A stretch of 62,434 bases of DNA, the filler included, from the NCBI GenBank assembly GCA_964501035.1. It is 31 parts of 31 records of this genome, joined end to end, with 100 filler letters (N's around TTAATTAATTAA, not from the genome) between each part and the next. Parts side by side here need not be neighbours in the genome. Positions count along the whole stretch, not along the records: positions 32,997 to 34,892 come from CAZCRK010000145.1; positions 34,993 to 36,872 come from CAZCRK010000146.1; positions 36,973 to 38,835 come from CAZCRK010000147.1; positions 38,936 to 40,773 come from CAZCRK010000148.1; positions 40,874 to 42,702 come from CAZCRK010000149.1; positions 42,803 to 44,626 come from CAZCRK010000150.1; 25 more parts are not named here. The stretch is one strand, 5' to 3'. The translations under genes were made by a program, and so were the position numbers. Below are positions 32,897-43,123 of the stretch, in pieces. The stretch's first letter is position 1; the number at the start of each line of letters is the position of its first letter. Under the pieces are notes generated by a model that worked only from the letters and a program-made list of their open reading frames with translations, was not told the origin of the DNA and did not search any database.

Positions 32897-32996
32897 NNNN
32901 NNNNNNNNNNNNNNNNNNNNNNNNNNNNNNNNNNNNNNNNTTAATTAATTAANNNNNNNNNNNNNNNNNNNNNNNNNNNNNNNNNNNNNNNNNNNN

Positions 32997-33280
32997 AATT
33001 GAAACCCTCCAATTTCAACATCTGCATTGTAGTAAATTGCCCATGTATCATCTCCTTCTGAAATGAACCATAGTGAATTAGTAGGATATTCACCGCATGA
33101 AGAATATTCACAACTACCGTCGTCATCCGTTGCTTCTGAATTAAAATTACATGCAGCTGAATCAGTACAGCCTGCTATGCTTTCTTGAGGATCAGATGGA
33201 TCCATAGGAGAGTCTGAATTACAACCATTGCATCCATAAATGAATAGATATATACTTATTAGAATTACTTTTTTTACCAT
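32997..33280 (-). CDS. Lipoprotein with Cys-rich repeat and start of a 'GFQF' module (3'-truncated)
   Basis: Lipobox FIYGC; GCTDSAACNFN...DDGSC; YNADVEIGGFQ. Confidence 0.75.
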
Positions 33281-33285
33281 AAATG

Positions 33286-33309
33286 AAAAGGCTCAGTAAA
33301 CTGAGCCTT
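33286..33309 (-). terminator. Stem-loop / intrinsic terminator
   Basis: AAGGCTCAGT-AA-ACTGAGCCTT perfect arms, T-tract on the minus strand. Confidence 0.7.
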
Positions 33310-33316
33310 AATTTTT

Positions 33317-34892
33317 TTATTTTAATAGCATTACTTTTTGTTGATGAATTTCATCATCGGTTTTCATTTGAATTAAATATATTCCTGTAGAAACCTCACC
33401 CGCATCCCATTCAAATTTATAATGACCAGGTGTATAATAACCCGTAGGAAATTGATGAATTATTTGACCGTTAATATTAAATATTGAAATTCCAATCTCT
33501 GTAGAAACTGGTATGTCAAATGATATATTCGTTACTGGATTAAAGGGATTTGGATAACTTTCATAAAATTTAAATTCTGTTGGCAATATATATACATCAT
33601 TAGATAAATCGTCTCCATATAAAATTGCAAACAGCCCTGAAGTCTCTACAGAAGGTGCCGTACATCTAGAGTCATTGATGCTACATGTCCCTACCGGGTT
33701 CCATTTCTTTGATGCTGAATCTTCTGAATTGGGATCAGATACATGGAAAAGATAATATTCTAATGCACGGGAAAGACTAAAGTCAATTTCAACACTAATG
33801 GGTGGCTCAAAAGTTACCCCTAGAGGATAAAGCCCAACAATATCACCAATGATTGTTGCTTCATCAGGTACACCTGACCCAGGGAGTGTATTCAAATCAA
33901 AACTATCATTTAAAATTAAACTTAGCTCTTCATATCCTTCAGGAAAGTCAACGGATGTCCCTTCGGGTAAGGTGATATTTATTGTGCTTCCATCATCCAT
34001 TTGGATTACAATTTCTGTTTCTTCAATGACTCCGTTTGAACCTATTTCTATAGTTTCTTCTGATATTAATTCACAATTAACATTGTCAATTAAATAATCA
34101 TTTCCATTTTCATCAGTATACCAAGCTACTTCATTTTTACACTCTCCAGAGTCTGTTGCTTCTACATTATAATCACATGCTGTTGAATCTTGACAGCCTA
34201 CAATTTCATCAGCATCATATACATCATCGCCATCTAAGTCAATATTACTAGATAAATTTTCTCCTGATAAAATGGTATATAATCCAGTTGTATAGATTGT
34301 TGATGAACTACATTTTGATTCTGATGAATTACAAACATTTAATGGATTCCACTCTATAGCTGTAGAATTAAATATCCCAGAAAATAAATAGGACTCTTGT
34401 TGATTAGAATTGTTATAATCAATGCTCATTACTATTGTTGAATTAAAAGTTGTACCAAATGGATATATTCCAAACACATTCCCCGTAACTTCAGCATCTT
34501 CCAAACCAACAAGACCGGTTCCAGGTAGTGAATTAAAATCATAATTATTGTTTGATATTAATGATAATAACATATCACCTTCATATCCTTCAGGAAAGTC
34601 AACGGATGTCCCTTCGGGTAAGGTGATATTTATTGTGCTTCCATCATCCATTTGGATTACAATTTCTGTTTCTTCAATGACTCCGTTTGAACCTATTTCT
34701 ATAGTTTCTTCTGATATTAATTCACAATTAACATTGTCAATTAAATAATCATTTCCATTTTCATCAGTATACCAAGCTACTTCATTTTTACACTCTCCAG
34801 AGTCTGTTGCTTCTACATTATAATCACATGCTGTTGGATCCATACAACCTACGATTTCATCAGCATCAACTGTACCATCTCCATCTAAATCA
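33317..34892 (-). CDS. Secreted repeat protein (ZU5-like modules) with T9SS-type C-terminal domain (5'-truncated)
   Basis: Open to the contig end (DLDGDGTVDADEIVGCMDPTAC); ITLPEGT...P.G.TF..PI...W modules; SYPNPFNP...KVMLLK. Confidence 0.82.
33928..34836. repeat. 258-bp intragenic direct repeat (33928-34185 and 34579-34836)
   Basis: The two copies read as identical; offset 651 nt, in frame. Confidence 0.93.
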
Positions 34893-34993
34893 NNNNNNNN
34901 NNNNNNNNNNNNNNNNNNNNNNNNNNNNNNNNNNNNTTAATTAATTAANNNNNNNNNNNNNNNNNNNNNNNNNNNNNNNNNNNNNNNNNNNNT

Positions 34994-36325
34994 GCTGGTG
35001 TTTGGGGTGGAACTTCTGCATTAGATGATTGTGGTGTTTGTGACGGTCCTGGTGCAATTTATGATTGTGGTTGTGAAGAAATGCCTGTTGGAGATTGTGA
35101 CTGTGAAGGTAATGTTCTTGATGAATGTGGTATATGTGGTGGTGATGGAACTGAATGCCAGGGTGTGGATGTAGATATTGCATTTTCAAATGGTTGGAAT
35201 TGGTTCTCTTTAAACGTATTTACAGATGATATGTCGTTGAATACTTTGTTATCATCTTTGGATGAAAATGCTGTGTTTATCAAAAACCAAACCACTTTTG
35301 CTGACTACTATGCAGGTTGGGGTTGGTTTGGTACATTGGATGTTTTAACAAACACAACAATGTATAGATTAAGAATGGATGCTTCAGATAACTTAGTATT
35401 TACCGGTGAACCAGTTAATGTTGCAGACTATCCCTTAGAGTTATCAGAGGGTTGGAATTGGGTGTCTTATACACCTCAGAATCCTATTGATATTAACGTA
35501 GCTTTAGTTAGTATTGAGGGTTCAGCTGTGTTTGCCAAAAATCAAACTACATTCTCAGATTATTATGATGGTTGGGGATGGTTTGGAACACTTAACACAT
35601 TACAAGGGCTTGAAGGGTATATGATTCAAATGACTGAAGCAAATACACTTGAATATCCAATCGATGGCTTATTTATTGAAGAAAATAATAATACTGATTG
35701 GCTTGAAAAAAGTGTAAACGATATTTCATGGGATGTAAATCCATATAATTTCGAATACAACGGCTCAATCACTGCTACTGTATCTGTTGATGGTATGGAT
35801 GTAACCAATGAAGAACATGTATTATTTGCCTTTTCAGGAAATGAATGCAGGGGACAAGCAACTGCACTTTACTTCCCACCTGAGGGTAAATTTGTGTATC
35901 CACTCATGGTGTATGGAAATGAATCCGGTGAAAAGTTAACATTCAAACTATATGATACTCTGGATGGATCTGTTGTTGATTTAGCAGGAAGTATTTCATT
36001 TATTGAAGATATGACAATGGGAAATGCTATAGAAACAGTTAATCTTCAATCTATAGATATTCCAGAAAATTTTGTGTTAACGGAAGCATATCCAAATCCA
36101 TTTAACCCATCAACTTCATTTGGAATACATGTCCCTATTGAAGCACATGTTTCTGTGGGTGTGTATAACGTGAATGGTCAATTAATTGAAACAATTCATT
36201 CAGGCATCTTGTCAGGCTATAAAGAATTCACTTGGAATGCAAATGATGTTTCAAGCGGAATCTATATTATCCAAGCTGTTTCAGAGAGAAACAAATCAAC
36301 ACAAAAGATAATGTTGTTAAAATAA
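34994..36325 (+). CDS. Cys-rich secreted protein with GWNW modules and T9SS-type C-terminal domain (5'-truncated)
   Basis: DECG.C.G repeats; GWNWFS/GWNWVS x2; WDVNPYNFEYNGSITA module; AYPNPFNPST. Confidence 0.85.
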   Translation, partial: AGVWGGTSALDDCGVCDGPGAIYDCGCEEMPVGDCDCEGNVLDECGICGGDGTECQGVDVDIAFSNGWNWFSLNVFTDDMSLNTLLSSLDENAVFIKNQTTFADYYAGWGWFGTLDVLTNTTMYRLRMDASDNLVFTGEPVNVADYPLELSEGWNWVSYTPQNPIDINVALVSIEGSAVFAKNQTTFSDYYDGWGWFGTLNTLQGLEGYMIQMTEANTLEYPIDGLFIEENNNTDWLEKSVNDISWDVNPYNFEYNGSITATVSVDGMDVTNEEHVLFAFSGNECRGQATALYFPPEGKFVYPLMVYGNESGEKLTFKLYDTLDGSVVDLAGSISFIEDMTMGNAIETVNLQSIDIPENFVLTEAYPNPFNPSTSFGIHVPIEAHVSVGVYNVNGQLIETIHSGILSGYKEFTWNANDVSSGIYIIQAVSERNKSTQKIMLLK

Positions 36326-36379
36326 ATTAAAGTAAATTAACATACATTTAATTAGATCAATTTCATAGAGGAGGAAATT

Positions 36380-36872
36380 ATGAGAGAATTCGCAAAGTAT
36401 ATATTTGGGTTAACATTTGTATTTTTACAAATTGGATTTGCACAAGATCCAAATTGGTCAATTAATCCACCAGATTTTGAGTTTACAGGTTCTATCACAG
36501 CACATGTAATAATCGATGATATTACTACAGATTCTGGAACATTAGCTGCGTTTGTTGGAGAAGAAGTAAGAGGCGTACAAACGGCATTATTTTTCCCACC
36601 AGCCGGGAATTATTATTACCCCATAATGATTTATAGCAATCAAACCAGTGGAGAGGTGTTAACATTTCAATTCTATAATGGTACGGAAGTTATTGTCTTA
36701 GATGAAACACAGGAGTTTTCTTCTAATATGACAATTGGTAATGGATTCGCACCGCTTGAATTACATGGTGTGAGTGGTGGAGATGGTGGTACAGATGATA
36801 TATCTGATTGGTCAATAAATCCACCAGATTTTGAGTTTACAGGTTCTATCACAGCACATGTAATAATCGATG
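36380..36872 (+). CDS. Secreted protein with repeated WSINPPDFEFTGSITA module (3'-truncated)
   Basis: GAGGAGG RBS and signal peptide; 66-bp near-identical repeat at 36453-36518 and 36807-36872, where the contig breaks. Confidence 0.82.
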
Positions 36873-36972
36873 NNNNNNNNNNNNNNNNNNNNNNNNNNNN
36901 NNNNNNNNNNNNNNNNTTAATTAATTAANNNNNNNNNNNNNNNNNNNNNNNNNNNNNNNNNNNNNNNNNNNN

Positions 36973-37027
36973 TTGATTTCATGTTGCTACCTCTCCCAGA
37001 GATTAAGATTGCGAGTTTAAGCAACAC
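36973..37027 (-). CDS. purN: Phosphoribosylglycinamide formyltransferase, N-terminal fragment
   Basis: LLKLAILISGRGSNMKS, the ISGRGSN motif. Confidence 0.8.
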
Positions 37028-37062
37028 ATCATTTCACTAAATTCGTTAAAATAAAGCTATGG

Positions 37063-38835
37063 TTAATTTGTAATTGAAATAGATTGTACATGAAAGCTTA
37101 ACGTTCTTGGAATTCTTTCATCAATATCTGTTCCCACCAAACCATAGTATGTCATGGAAAATTGATTTGTATCAAGTGTCACAACATTGACACCAGGTTT
37201 AATAATTAATTCTTCAATTGTCATATTCGTCGGTACAGTAGGAATGTCTAATGTATCCAATTTTTCATTATTTATGGAAACCACAACCGTTCTTTCACTT
37301 CCCTCCGAACTCAAAATTATGTTCAGCATGATCTCTCTATCAGAGTTTGTTGGATTTACTATCAATATTTCTGAATTTTTCGTCGTAGAACGTGCATTAC
37401 AATCAAATATTTTTTTTGCCTCAGTATCAGTACATGATTTATAATTATGCCAACCAGATCCTAGCAACAAAAATGGTTCTGAATAATCAGGTTTTGGAAT
37501 TTTGTAAACAATCATTTTAGTATCTTCATAAATTGGTCCATTTCCGTTTAAAATTTTTGCCATGAGATGTTTAATTTGTGAAGTTTTTTCTGATTTTGCT
37601 AGTTCCTTGTGTACTGTCAGGTATTTAATATCAAAGTATTCAAAAAGTGATAATCCATTAGTGGCTAGATCTTGTTTTACAATATCATTTTGACTGCCAA
37701 ATTTATGAAATATGTTGAGAAAATATGTTCGCGTTTGATCCATTGTTTCAAGTGAAGTCCTCGATTCATAGCCACCATAAATTGGTTTTTCATGATATAT
37801 TTGGTGATATAAAATTCTAGGATCTGACATCAAAAACCCATCACCGGTTCCACCTATTGGTGCAGCTAATACAACAAATTTTGATTCATCATTTTTAATT
37901 TCTTCATAGATACCAGGGACTAATTCTGTTTGAGAATCAAATGGAATCATAGAAAACTCAAAAAGAATAACACATCCTATAATTCCTGTTAATATTAGTT
38001 GTTGTTTAAACGAAGAGAATTTGTTTTTTATTAATCCATATACAGCATAAGATGCTAGTACAGCCATTGCTAAATTAGCCATTACAATAAATCTTGCTGG
38101 TGCTCTTATTTCGTTCCATTCAGGTATTGTGTCATAGAATATTCGTTCCGGTAAGATAATTCCTGTAGGTTCATAGAAAATTTTCAATTCAGGTCCAAGA
38201 CTCATCACAATAAAAATCCCAGCTATGAGTAACCAGAACCATACGTGTTTTTGTCTATATTTGATAACAGCAAGTACAGATAGAAAAATAACCGAATAGC
38301 CTAGGAATACAAGGTTTTCAATCTGTAATTGGTACGTATCAAACGGCTTATCAAAAAACGCATAGAATGATCTAATTGTCCCGCCATCAGAAATAATTTG
38401 AGTTGTATGTTCCGGTACAGGAAGTATAAGGTTTTCCAGATTAATTGAAAATAAATTGTGTTCATATAATGGTCTATTTGGTAAATCAGAGTCTCCAATT
38501 GTCGGTATCAATAGAATAGACGTACTGATTAAACCAATTAGAAGCAGTATGAAAAAATTTACAATGAATGTCTTATTCGAAACTTTTTTTTGCTTAAAAA
38601 TGTAAATTGTAAAAAATACAATTGAAAACATAACGATGAACACAAAATAATATAGATGTGTAAATGAAACGAGGAAAAATACTATTCCACCTATAATTGG
38701 ATAAATCTTTGATTGTTTTTCAAGTAATTTGAAAAGAAACAAGACAAAAATTGGAATCCATACTATCATTGATAATCCAAAATGTCCTTGTGAATGAGCC
38801 ATGTGATATGTGGTGAATGTAAAAATTATACCAGC
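37063..38835 (-). CDS. Polytopic membrane protein, YfhO / GT-C-like (5'-truncated; thaumarchaeal-like)
   Basis: Many TM segments; SLGP, IRAPARF, YHQ..HEKPIYGGY. Confidence 0.7.
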   Translation of the reverse strand, partial: AGIIFTFTTYHMAHSQGHFGLSMIVWIPIFVLFLFKLLEKQSKIYPIIGGIVFFLVSFTHLYYFVFIVMFSIVFFTIYIFKQKKVSNKTFIVNFFILLLIGLISTSILLIPTIGDSDLPNRPLYEHNLFSINLENLILPVPEHTTQIISDGGTIRSFYAFFDKPFDTYQLQIENLVFLGYSVIFLSVLAVIKYRQKHVWFWLLIAGIFIVMSLGPELKIFYEPTGIILPERIFYDTIPEWNEIRAPARFIVMANLAMAVLASYAVYGLIKNKFSSFKQQLILTGIIGCVILFEFSMIPFDSQTELVPGIYEEIKNDESKFVVLAAPIGGTGDGFLMSDPRILYHQIYHEKPIYGGYESRTSLETMDQTRTYFLNIFHKFGSQNDIVKQDLATNGLSLFEYFDIKYLTVHKELAKSEKTSQIKHLMAKILNGNGPIYEDTKMIVYKIPKPDYSEPFLLLGSGWHNYKSCTDTEAKKIFDCNARSTTKNSEILIVNPTNSDREIMLNIILSSEGSERTVVVSINNEKLDTLDIPTVPTNMTIEELIIKPGVNVVTLDTNQFSMTYYGLVGTDIDERIPRTLSFHVQSISITN

Positions 38836-38935
38836 NNNNNNNNNNNNNNNNNNNNNNNNNNNNNNNNNNNNNNNNNNNNTTAATTAATTAANNNNNNNNN
38901 NNNNNNNNNNNNNNNNNNNNNNNNNNNNNNNNNNN

Positions 38936-39548
38936 TCTCGCCCCGAGATATCCTCATCATAAGGGTTGGTATTACCATCGCATTTTCCGGATCGAAATTA
39001 TCACCGGGGCCATACACATTGCAGGGACGAACTACAGACCAGTTGATGCCATATTGTTTGATGTAAGCCTGCAACTGCAGTTCAGCCATTCGTTTAGCCC
39101 ATCCTGGAAACATGTCCATCGGTGGCCCATCACGGTTTTCGGTCTCGATGAATACTTCAGCACTGGAGTAAGCACCAATTGAACTGGTATATACAAGCTT
39201 CTTAACACCGTTCAACCTTGACGCCTCAAGCATATTTGTATTGAACATTAAAAGTGGAACAAAAAAACTAGCAGGTTTTGATTTTGTAACATCAATTGAT
39301 CCTTTTATGCCTGCAACATGAAATACATAATCCACACCCCTGGTAAGTTTCAGGCAATTATTTATATCTGTTAAATCCAATTTGACATGTTCTGCTCTAC
39401 GATCAACAATTATATCATCCAGTGATACAATCTTAACCTGGCTTTCATAATCACATAATAATTTTACTATTTCCCTTCCAACCATACCGGTACCACCGGT
39501 TACCAGGACGTTTTTTCCTTTAAATGAATCAATAATTTTTGATTCCAT
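38936..39548 (-). CDS. NAD-dependent epimerase/dehydratase, GDP-fucose-synthase-like (3'-truncated)
   Basis: VTGGTGMVG, FHVAG, GWAKR, RPCNVYGPGDNF. Confidence 0.88.
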
Positions 39549-39569
39549 AGTGCACCTTTTTGTTAAAAG

Positions 39570-40106
39570 TTACTTCTCGTTATAGTAATCACCCCATTCT
39601 ACTACCAAGGTCGATTTTCCATCTTCACGTTCATATGCTTCTTTGAATGCTGGCATTATTTCATCAGGCTCATTTAATAATACTACATTTATGTCCGTAA
39701 GCATTTCTTCCATTGCTGTAGTATAATCCTGGGTGTGTTGAACCCCTCCATCAAGCGGTTTCTTGGCTCCAATGGATGTTCTTATAATTACTTTTGGCAG
39801 CATATTCCCATTAGACATTACCCGGAATTTGTCCAGATGATTGATTAACTGATTACATGCCAGCAATAAGAAATCAAATCTTGGGTAACATGTGATAGAA
39901 ACATATCCTTCCAGAGCAATTCCGGTCGACATACCCATCTGAAGATCCTCAAATACCGGCACCTCAAGTTTTTTATTTTCAGGTACCGTTTTCAATGTAT
40001 TGAATATAGCATTCCCGCTGTAATTGACAGATTGACCAATAAAAATTGTGTTTTCCTTTGCAGCCAGCCATTCCATTGCTTTAACTAATTCATCTTTGTA
40101 ACCCAT
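39570..40106 (-). CDS. TPP-dependent E1-beta-like subunit (pyrimidine-binding domain only)
   Basis: FIGQSV, EVPVFEDLQMGMSTG.A..G, PRFDFLL, G.QHTQ; start at 40106 behind a GGGAG RBS. Confidence 0.82.
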   Translation of the reverse strand: MGYKDELVKAMEWLAAKENTIFIGQSVNYSGNAIFNTLKTVPENKKLEVPVFEDLQMGMSTGIALEGYVSITCYPRFDFLLLACNQLINHLDKFRVMSNGNMLPKVIIRTSIGAKKPLDGGVQHTQDYTTAMEEMLTDINVVLLNEPDEIMPAFKEAYEREDGKSTLVVEWGDYYNEK

Positions 40107-40120
40107 AATAACTCCCTTCT

Positions 40121-40750
40121 TTAAAACAGTACCCAATTACCGGTACCATGATGCGGATATCCGCGTTCATATGAATAATATATAACATTATCTGGGACAG
40201 CTTTCTTTATATTTCCCCAGGTTTCCGCTGTTGGGGTGTTGGTGCTTAATCCATTATCTTCAACGACAAATTGAATTGGCAGATCCATATTGGTTGCATA
40301 TTTATATGATTCATAAAAAATCCCAGTTTCAAATGTCATATCTCCAATAAAACACCACACTCTGTGAACAGATCCTTTCATCTTCAATCCTTTTGCGACA
40401 CCAATCGCAATCGGAATGATACCGGCAACAATTGATGATGAGTAAAATTTCGGATCAACCGAATTAGTACTCATACTGTATCCATCTACAATATCTTTCA
40501 ATAATTTTTCTCGACCCATACCATGCAGCAGGGCATGATAATGATTTCTCCATGATGAAAACACCCAATCTTCAGGATGTACATACTTGAATATCTCAAT
40601 TACCTCATTTTCATTACCCTTTGAGAGGTGGACTGGGCTGATAATTTTGGCATCTTCATACAACTCTTTTATATCTTCTTCGAATTTCAGCAAATCTTCT
40701 TTGCCTATTTTGATTTCCCTTACTTCTTTTAAATAAGATGGTATCTGCAT
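40121..40750 (-). CDS. TPP-dependent E1-alpha-like subunit (short)
   Basis: PVHLS.GNE, WRNHYHALLHG, SSIVAG, GD...ETG...E..(EDN) TPP motif, YPHHGTG. Confidence 0.85.
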   Translation of the reverse strand: MQIPSYLKEVREIKIGKEDLLKFEEDIKELYEDAKIISPVHLSKGNENEVIEIFKYVHPEDWVFSSWRNHYHALLHGMGREKLLKDIVDGYSMSTNSVDPKFYSSSIVAGIIPIAIGVAKGLKMKGSVHRVWCFIGDMTFETGIFYESYKYATNMDLPIQFVVEDNGLSTNTPTAETWGNIKKAVPDNVIYYSYERGYPHHGTGNWVLF

Positions 40751-40873
40751 TTTACTCCTTTACTGTTAAATCANNNNNNNNNNNNNNNNNNNNNNNNNNN
40801 NNNNNNNNNNNNNNNNNTTAATTAATTAANNNNNNNNNNNNNNNNNNNNNNNNNNNNNNNNNNNNNNNNNNNN

Positions 40874-41473
40874 CAATTATTTGAAGGATCAATTCCAAGT
40901 ATCGGAATACCAATTGTATTTGGTGGGGTGATTTCTGTGATGATTTATGCTTTAGGACATATTTCTGGAGCACATTTTAATCCTGCAGTTACAATCGCAT
41001 TTACAATTGCGCGTCATTTACCTATTCCTAAAACATTAGCTTTTATTCCAGCTCAAATCATGGGTGCATCATTTGCTTCATTTTTACATTATTATCTTTT
41101 TGGTAATATAGGGCACACCTTTGGAGTAACTTCAAACCAGCTTTCATTAACTGCTGGTAGTTTTGTGGAGATAACGTTATCATTTATTCTCATGCTTGTC
41201 ATCATCTCTGTTGCAACTGATACACGTGCAGTGGGTGAAATGGCAGGTTTAGCTATTGGCACTACAGTTGGGATTTCAGCTATCATTGGTGGACCATTAA
41301 CAGGTGCATCCATGAATCCAGCAAGATCAATTGGACCAGCTTTAGTCAGTGGTCAGTTTGAAAATATCTGGTTATACATTTTGATGCCAATTATCGGTAC
41401 AATATTGGGTGCATTGTTGTATGAAAAAATCCGTTGCAATGTACCCACAAAAGTAGACCAAGGGTGTTGTTAA
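40874..41473 (+). CDS. MIP-family channel, NIP-like aquaglyceroporin (5'-truncated)
   Basis: HISGAHFNPAVT, ATDTRAVGEMAGLAIG, GASMNPARS; C-terminal GCC. Confidence 0.92.
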   Translation, partial: QLFEGSIPSIGIPIVFGGVISVMIYALGHISGAHFNPAVTIAFTIARHLPIPKTLAFIPAQIMGASFASFLHYYLFGNIGHTFGVTSNQLSLTAGSFVEITLSFILMLVIISVATDTRAVGEMAGLAIGTTVGISAIIGGPLTGASMNPARSIGPALVSGQFENIWLYILMPIIGTILGALLYEKIRCNVPTKVDQGCC

Positions 41474-41475
41474 AG

Positions 41476-42702
41476 TTATTGTTCTAAAATAATATTGACT
41501 AAAGAAACAATATCTAAAATATCAATTTGACCATCACTATTTATATCCGCTAGTGCAACTGCAGTAGGCGAGAATTCATCTGTCCCTTGGATAACCATGT
41601 TTACCATTAACACAATATCTAAAATATCAATGTCATTGTCTAAATTCACATCTCCCGACGGAAAATCATTTGTCAATATAATGTAATTGGTGAATGTAGT
41701 TGTAATTGGATTCTCATTATAATCTAACACTGTTAGCGAAACAGTATATTGTCCATTTTCTGTATAAGTATGCTGAGGATGTTTTTCAATGCTGGTAAAT
41801 CCATCTCCAAAATCCCATTCATACCATCCAGTATAAACTGATGATTCGTTTACAAATTGAACTGTTGCAGGTGCAGTAAACTCAGATTGATTTGCAGTGA
41901 AATCTGATATTGGTGTAGGTAGATTTGCATAATTTACTTCGTGAAATTCCACCCAAGAATCAACGAATGTTGAATTGTTTTTTAACTGAATGAAGTAATA
42001 ATCATTGGGTGTTGAAATTTCATCATATTCATCGTACCATTCAGTCCATTCTATAACACTAACATCATCAAACCATGCAAATGCTTCACCTGTATTGGGT
42101 GTATCACTATTTAATCGAATATCAAAATATTTTGCATTATTCGGCGGATTGACTTCATTATGATATAGTGTCCATCCCGTTGTACCGTCAATCCAAACAT
42201 CTAAATCATCTGTACCTAAAATACTTGACGTAGTACGTGATGTATAAAAACGAATTTGAATTGTTACATTATTCGCATTTTCTGTTTTTATGTGACCTTT
42301 TAATGAATAAATATTATCATCCTTAATTTTAATTCTATCTTCAAAGTTCGTAATTATATTATCTCCAGAATCGGGTAATCGCTTTTGAGCCAAAGAACGA
42401 AATCCAGTAAATGAATTTTCGGTATCAAAGTACTCATCATCGCTGTTAGTATTCCAAAGTGAACACCCTTCATCTTCCATATTACCGAAGAATAACAAAT
42501 CACGACCTAATCTATACTCAGAATTTGGAGCATTTTGAGGTTGAAGTATATTATGAATTGAGCCAGTTTCATGAATACTTATTGGTGATGTAATCCAAGC
42601 ACCATTAGAATATACATCATCAATTTGTTTTCGGTTGAGAATAAATGTTTCAGGCATATTCAACGAATCTAATATAATGTGAGCACGATTATTCTCTCTA
42701 TC
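41476..42702 (-). CDS. Secreted protein C-terminus with CBM-like, PKD and dockerin domains (5'-truncated)
   Basis: WFDDVS.IEW; WDFGDG...PQHTY..G.YTVSLTV (PKD); GDVNLDNDIDILDIV and ADINSDGQIDILDIV (dockerin). Confidence 0.82.
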   Translation of the reverse strand, partial: DRENNRAHIILDSLNMPETFILNRKQIDDVYSNGAWITSPISIHETGSIHNILQPQNAPNSEYRLGRDLLFFGNMEDEGCSLWNTNSDDEYFDTENSFTGFRSLAQKRLPDSGDNIITNFEDRIKIKDDNIYSLKGHIKTENANNVTIQIRFYTSRTTSSILGTDDLDVWIDGTTGWTLYHNEVNPPNNAKYFDIRLNSDTPNTGEAFAWFDDVSVIEWTEWYDEYDEISTPNDYYFIQLKNNSTFVDSWVEFHEVNYANLPTPISDFTANQSEFTAPATVQFVNESSVYTGWYEWDFGDGFTSIEKHPQHTYTENGQYTVSLTVLDYNENPITTTFTNYIILTNDFPSGDVNLDNDIDILDIVLMVNMVIQGTDEFSPTAVALADINSDGQIDILDIVSLVNIILEQ

Positions 42703-42802
42703 NNNNNNNNNNNNNNNNNNNNNNNNNNNNNNNNNNNNNNNNNNNNTTAATTAATTAANNNNNNNNNNNNNNNNNNNNNNNNNNNNNNNNNNNNNNNNNN
42801 NN

Positions 42803-42999
42803 TTATTTGCAAAAGCAGATTCAGCACTATATGGACAATTATACTTATCGGGTGGATTTGAAGGTAAAATTTGCCAAAGACTCTGTTTCATCTCGGATAA
42901 ATCATCGACAAACTGAAATGCCGATGGCCCAATTTCACCAATCCCATATTTCCCAGGAAGAGATGTAATATGTAATAAAATGCCGCTTTTTCTATCCAT
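42803..42999 (-). CDS. malQ: 4-alpha-glucanotransferase (GH77), N-terminus (3'-truncated)
   Basis: RKSGILLHITSLPG.YGIG..G..A..FVD.L....WQILP..P......PY...SAFA.N. Confidence 0.92.
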
Positions 43000-43048
43000 T
43001 TTTATTAAGGATGGTTTGCTCTTATTGGTTTTTTATAACAAAAAAATA

Positions 43049-43068
43049 GTAACTCATCAATGAGTAAC
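43049..43068. promoter_or_regulatory. Putative TrmB operator 1 (upstream of malQ)
   Basis: GTAACTCAT-CA-ATGAGTAAC palindrome, extended by TA on both sides. Confidence 0.75.
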
Positions 43069-43123
43069 TAATAATATTGCCAAATAGAATCATAGGAGTC
43101 AAGGTCGAATCAATGTTGATTTG

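Noticed and set aside
33928..34836. DGR template/variable repeat pair
   Set aside because: The copies are identical with no adenine-specific mismatches, both are coding in the same ORF and no RT is present.
39570..40750. pdhA/pdhB
   Set aside because: Both subunits are too short, no E2/E3 is present and the context is sugar-nucleotide metabolism.
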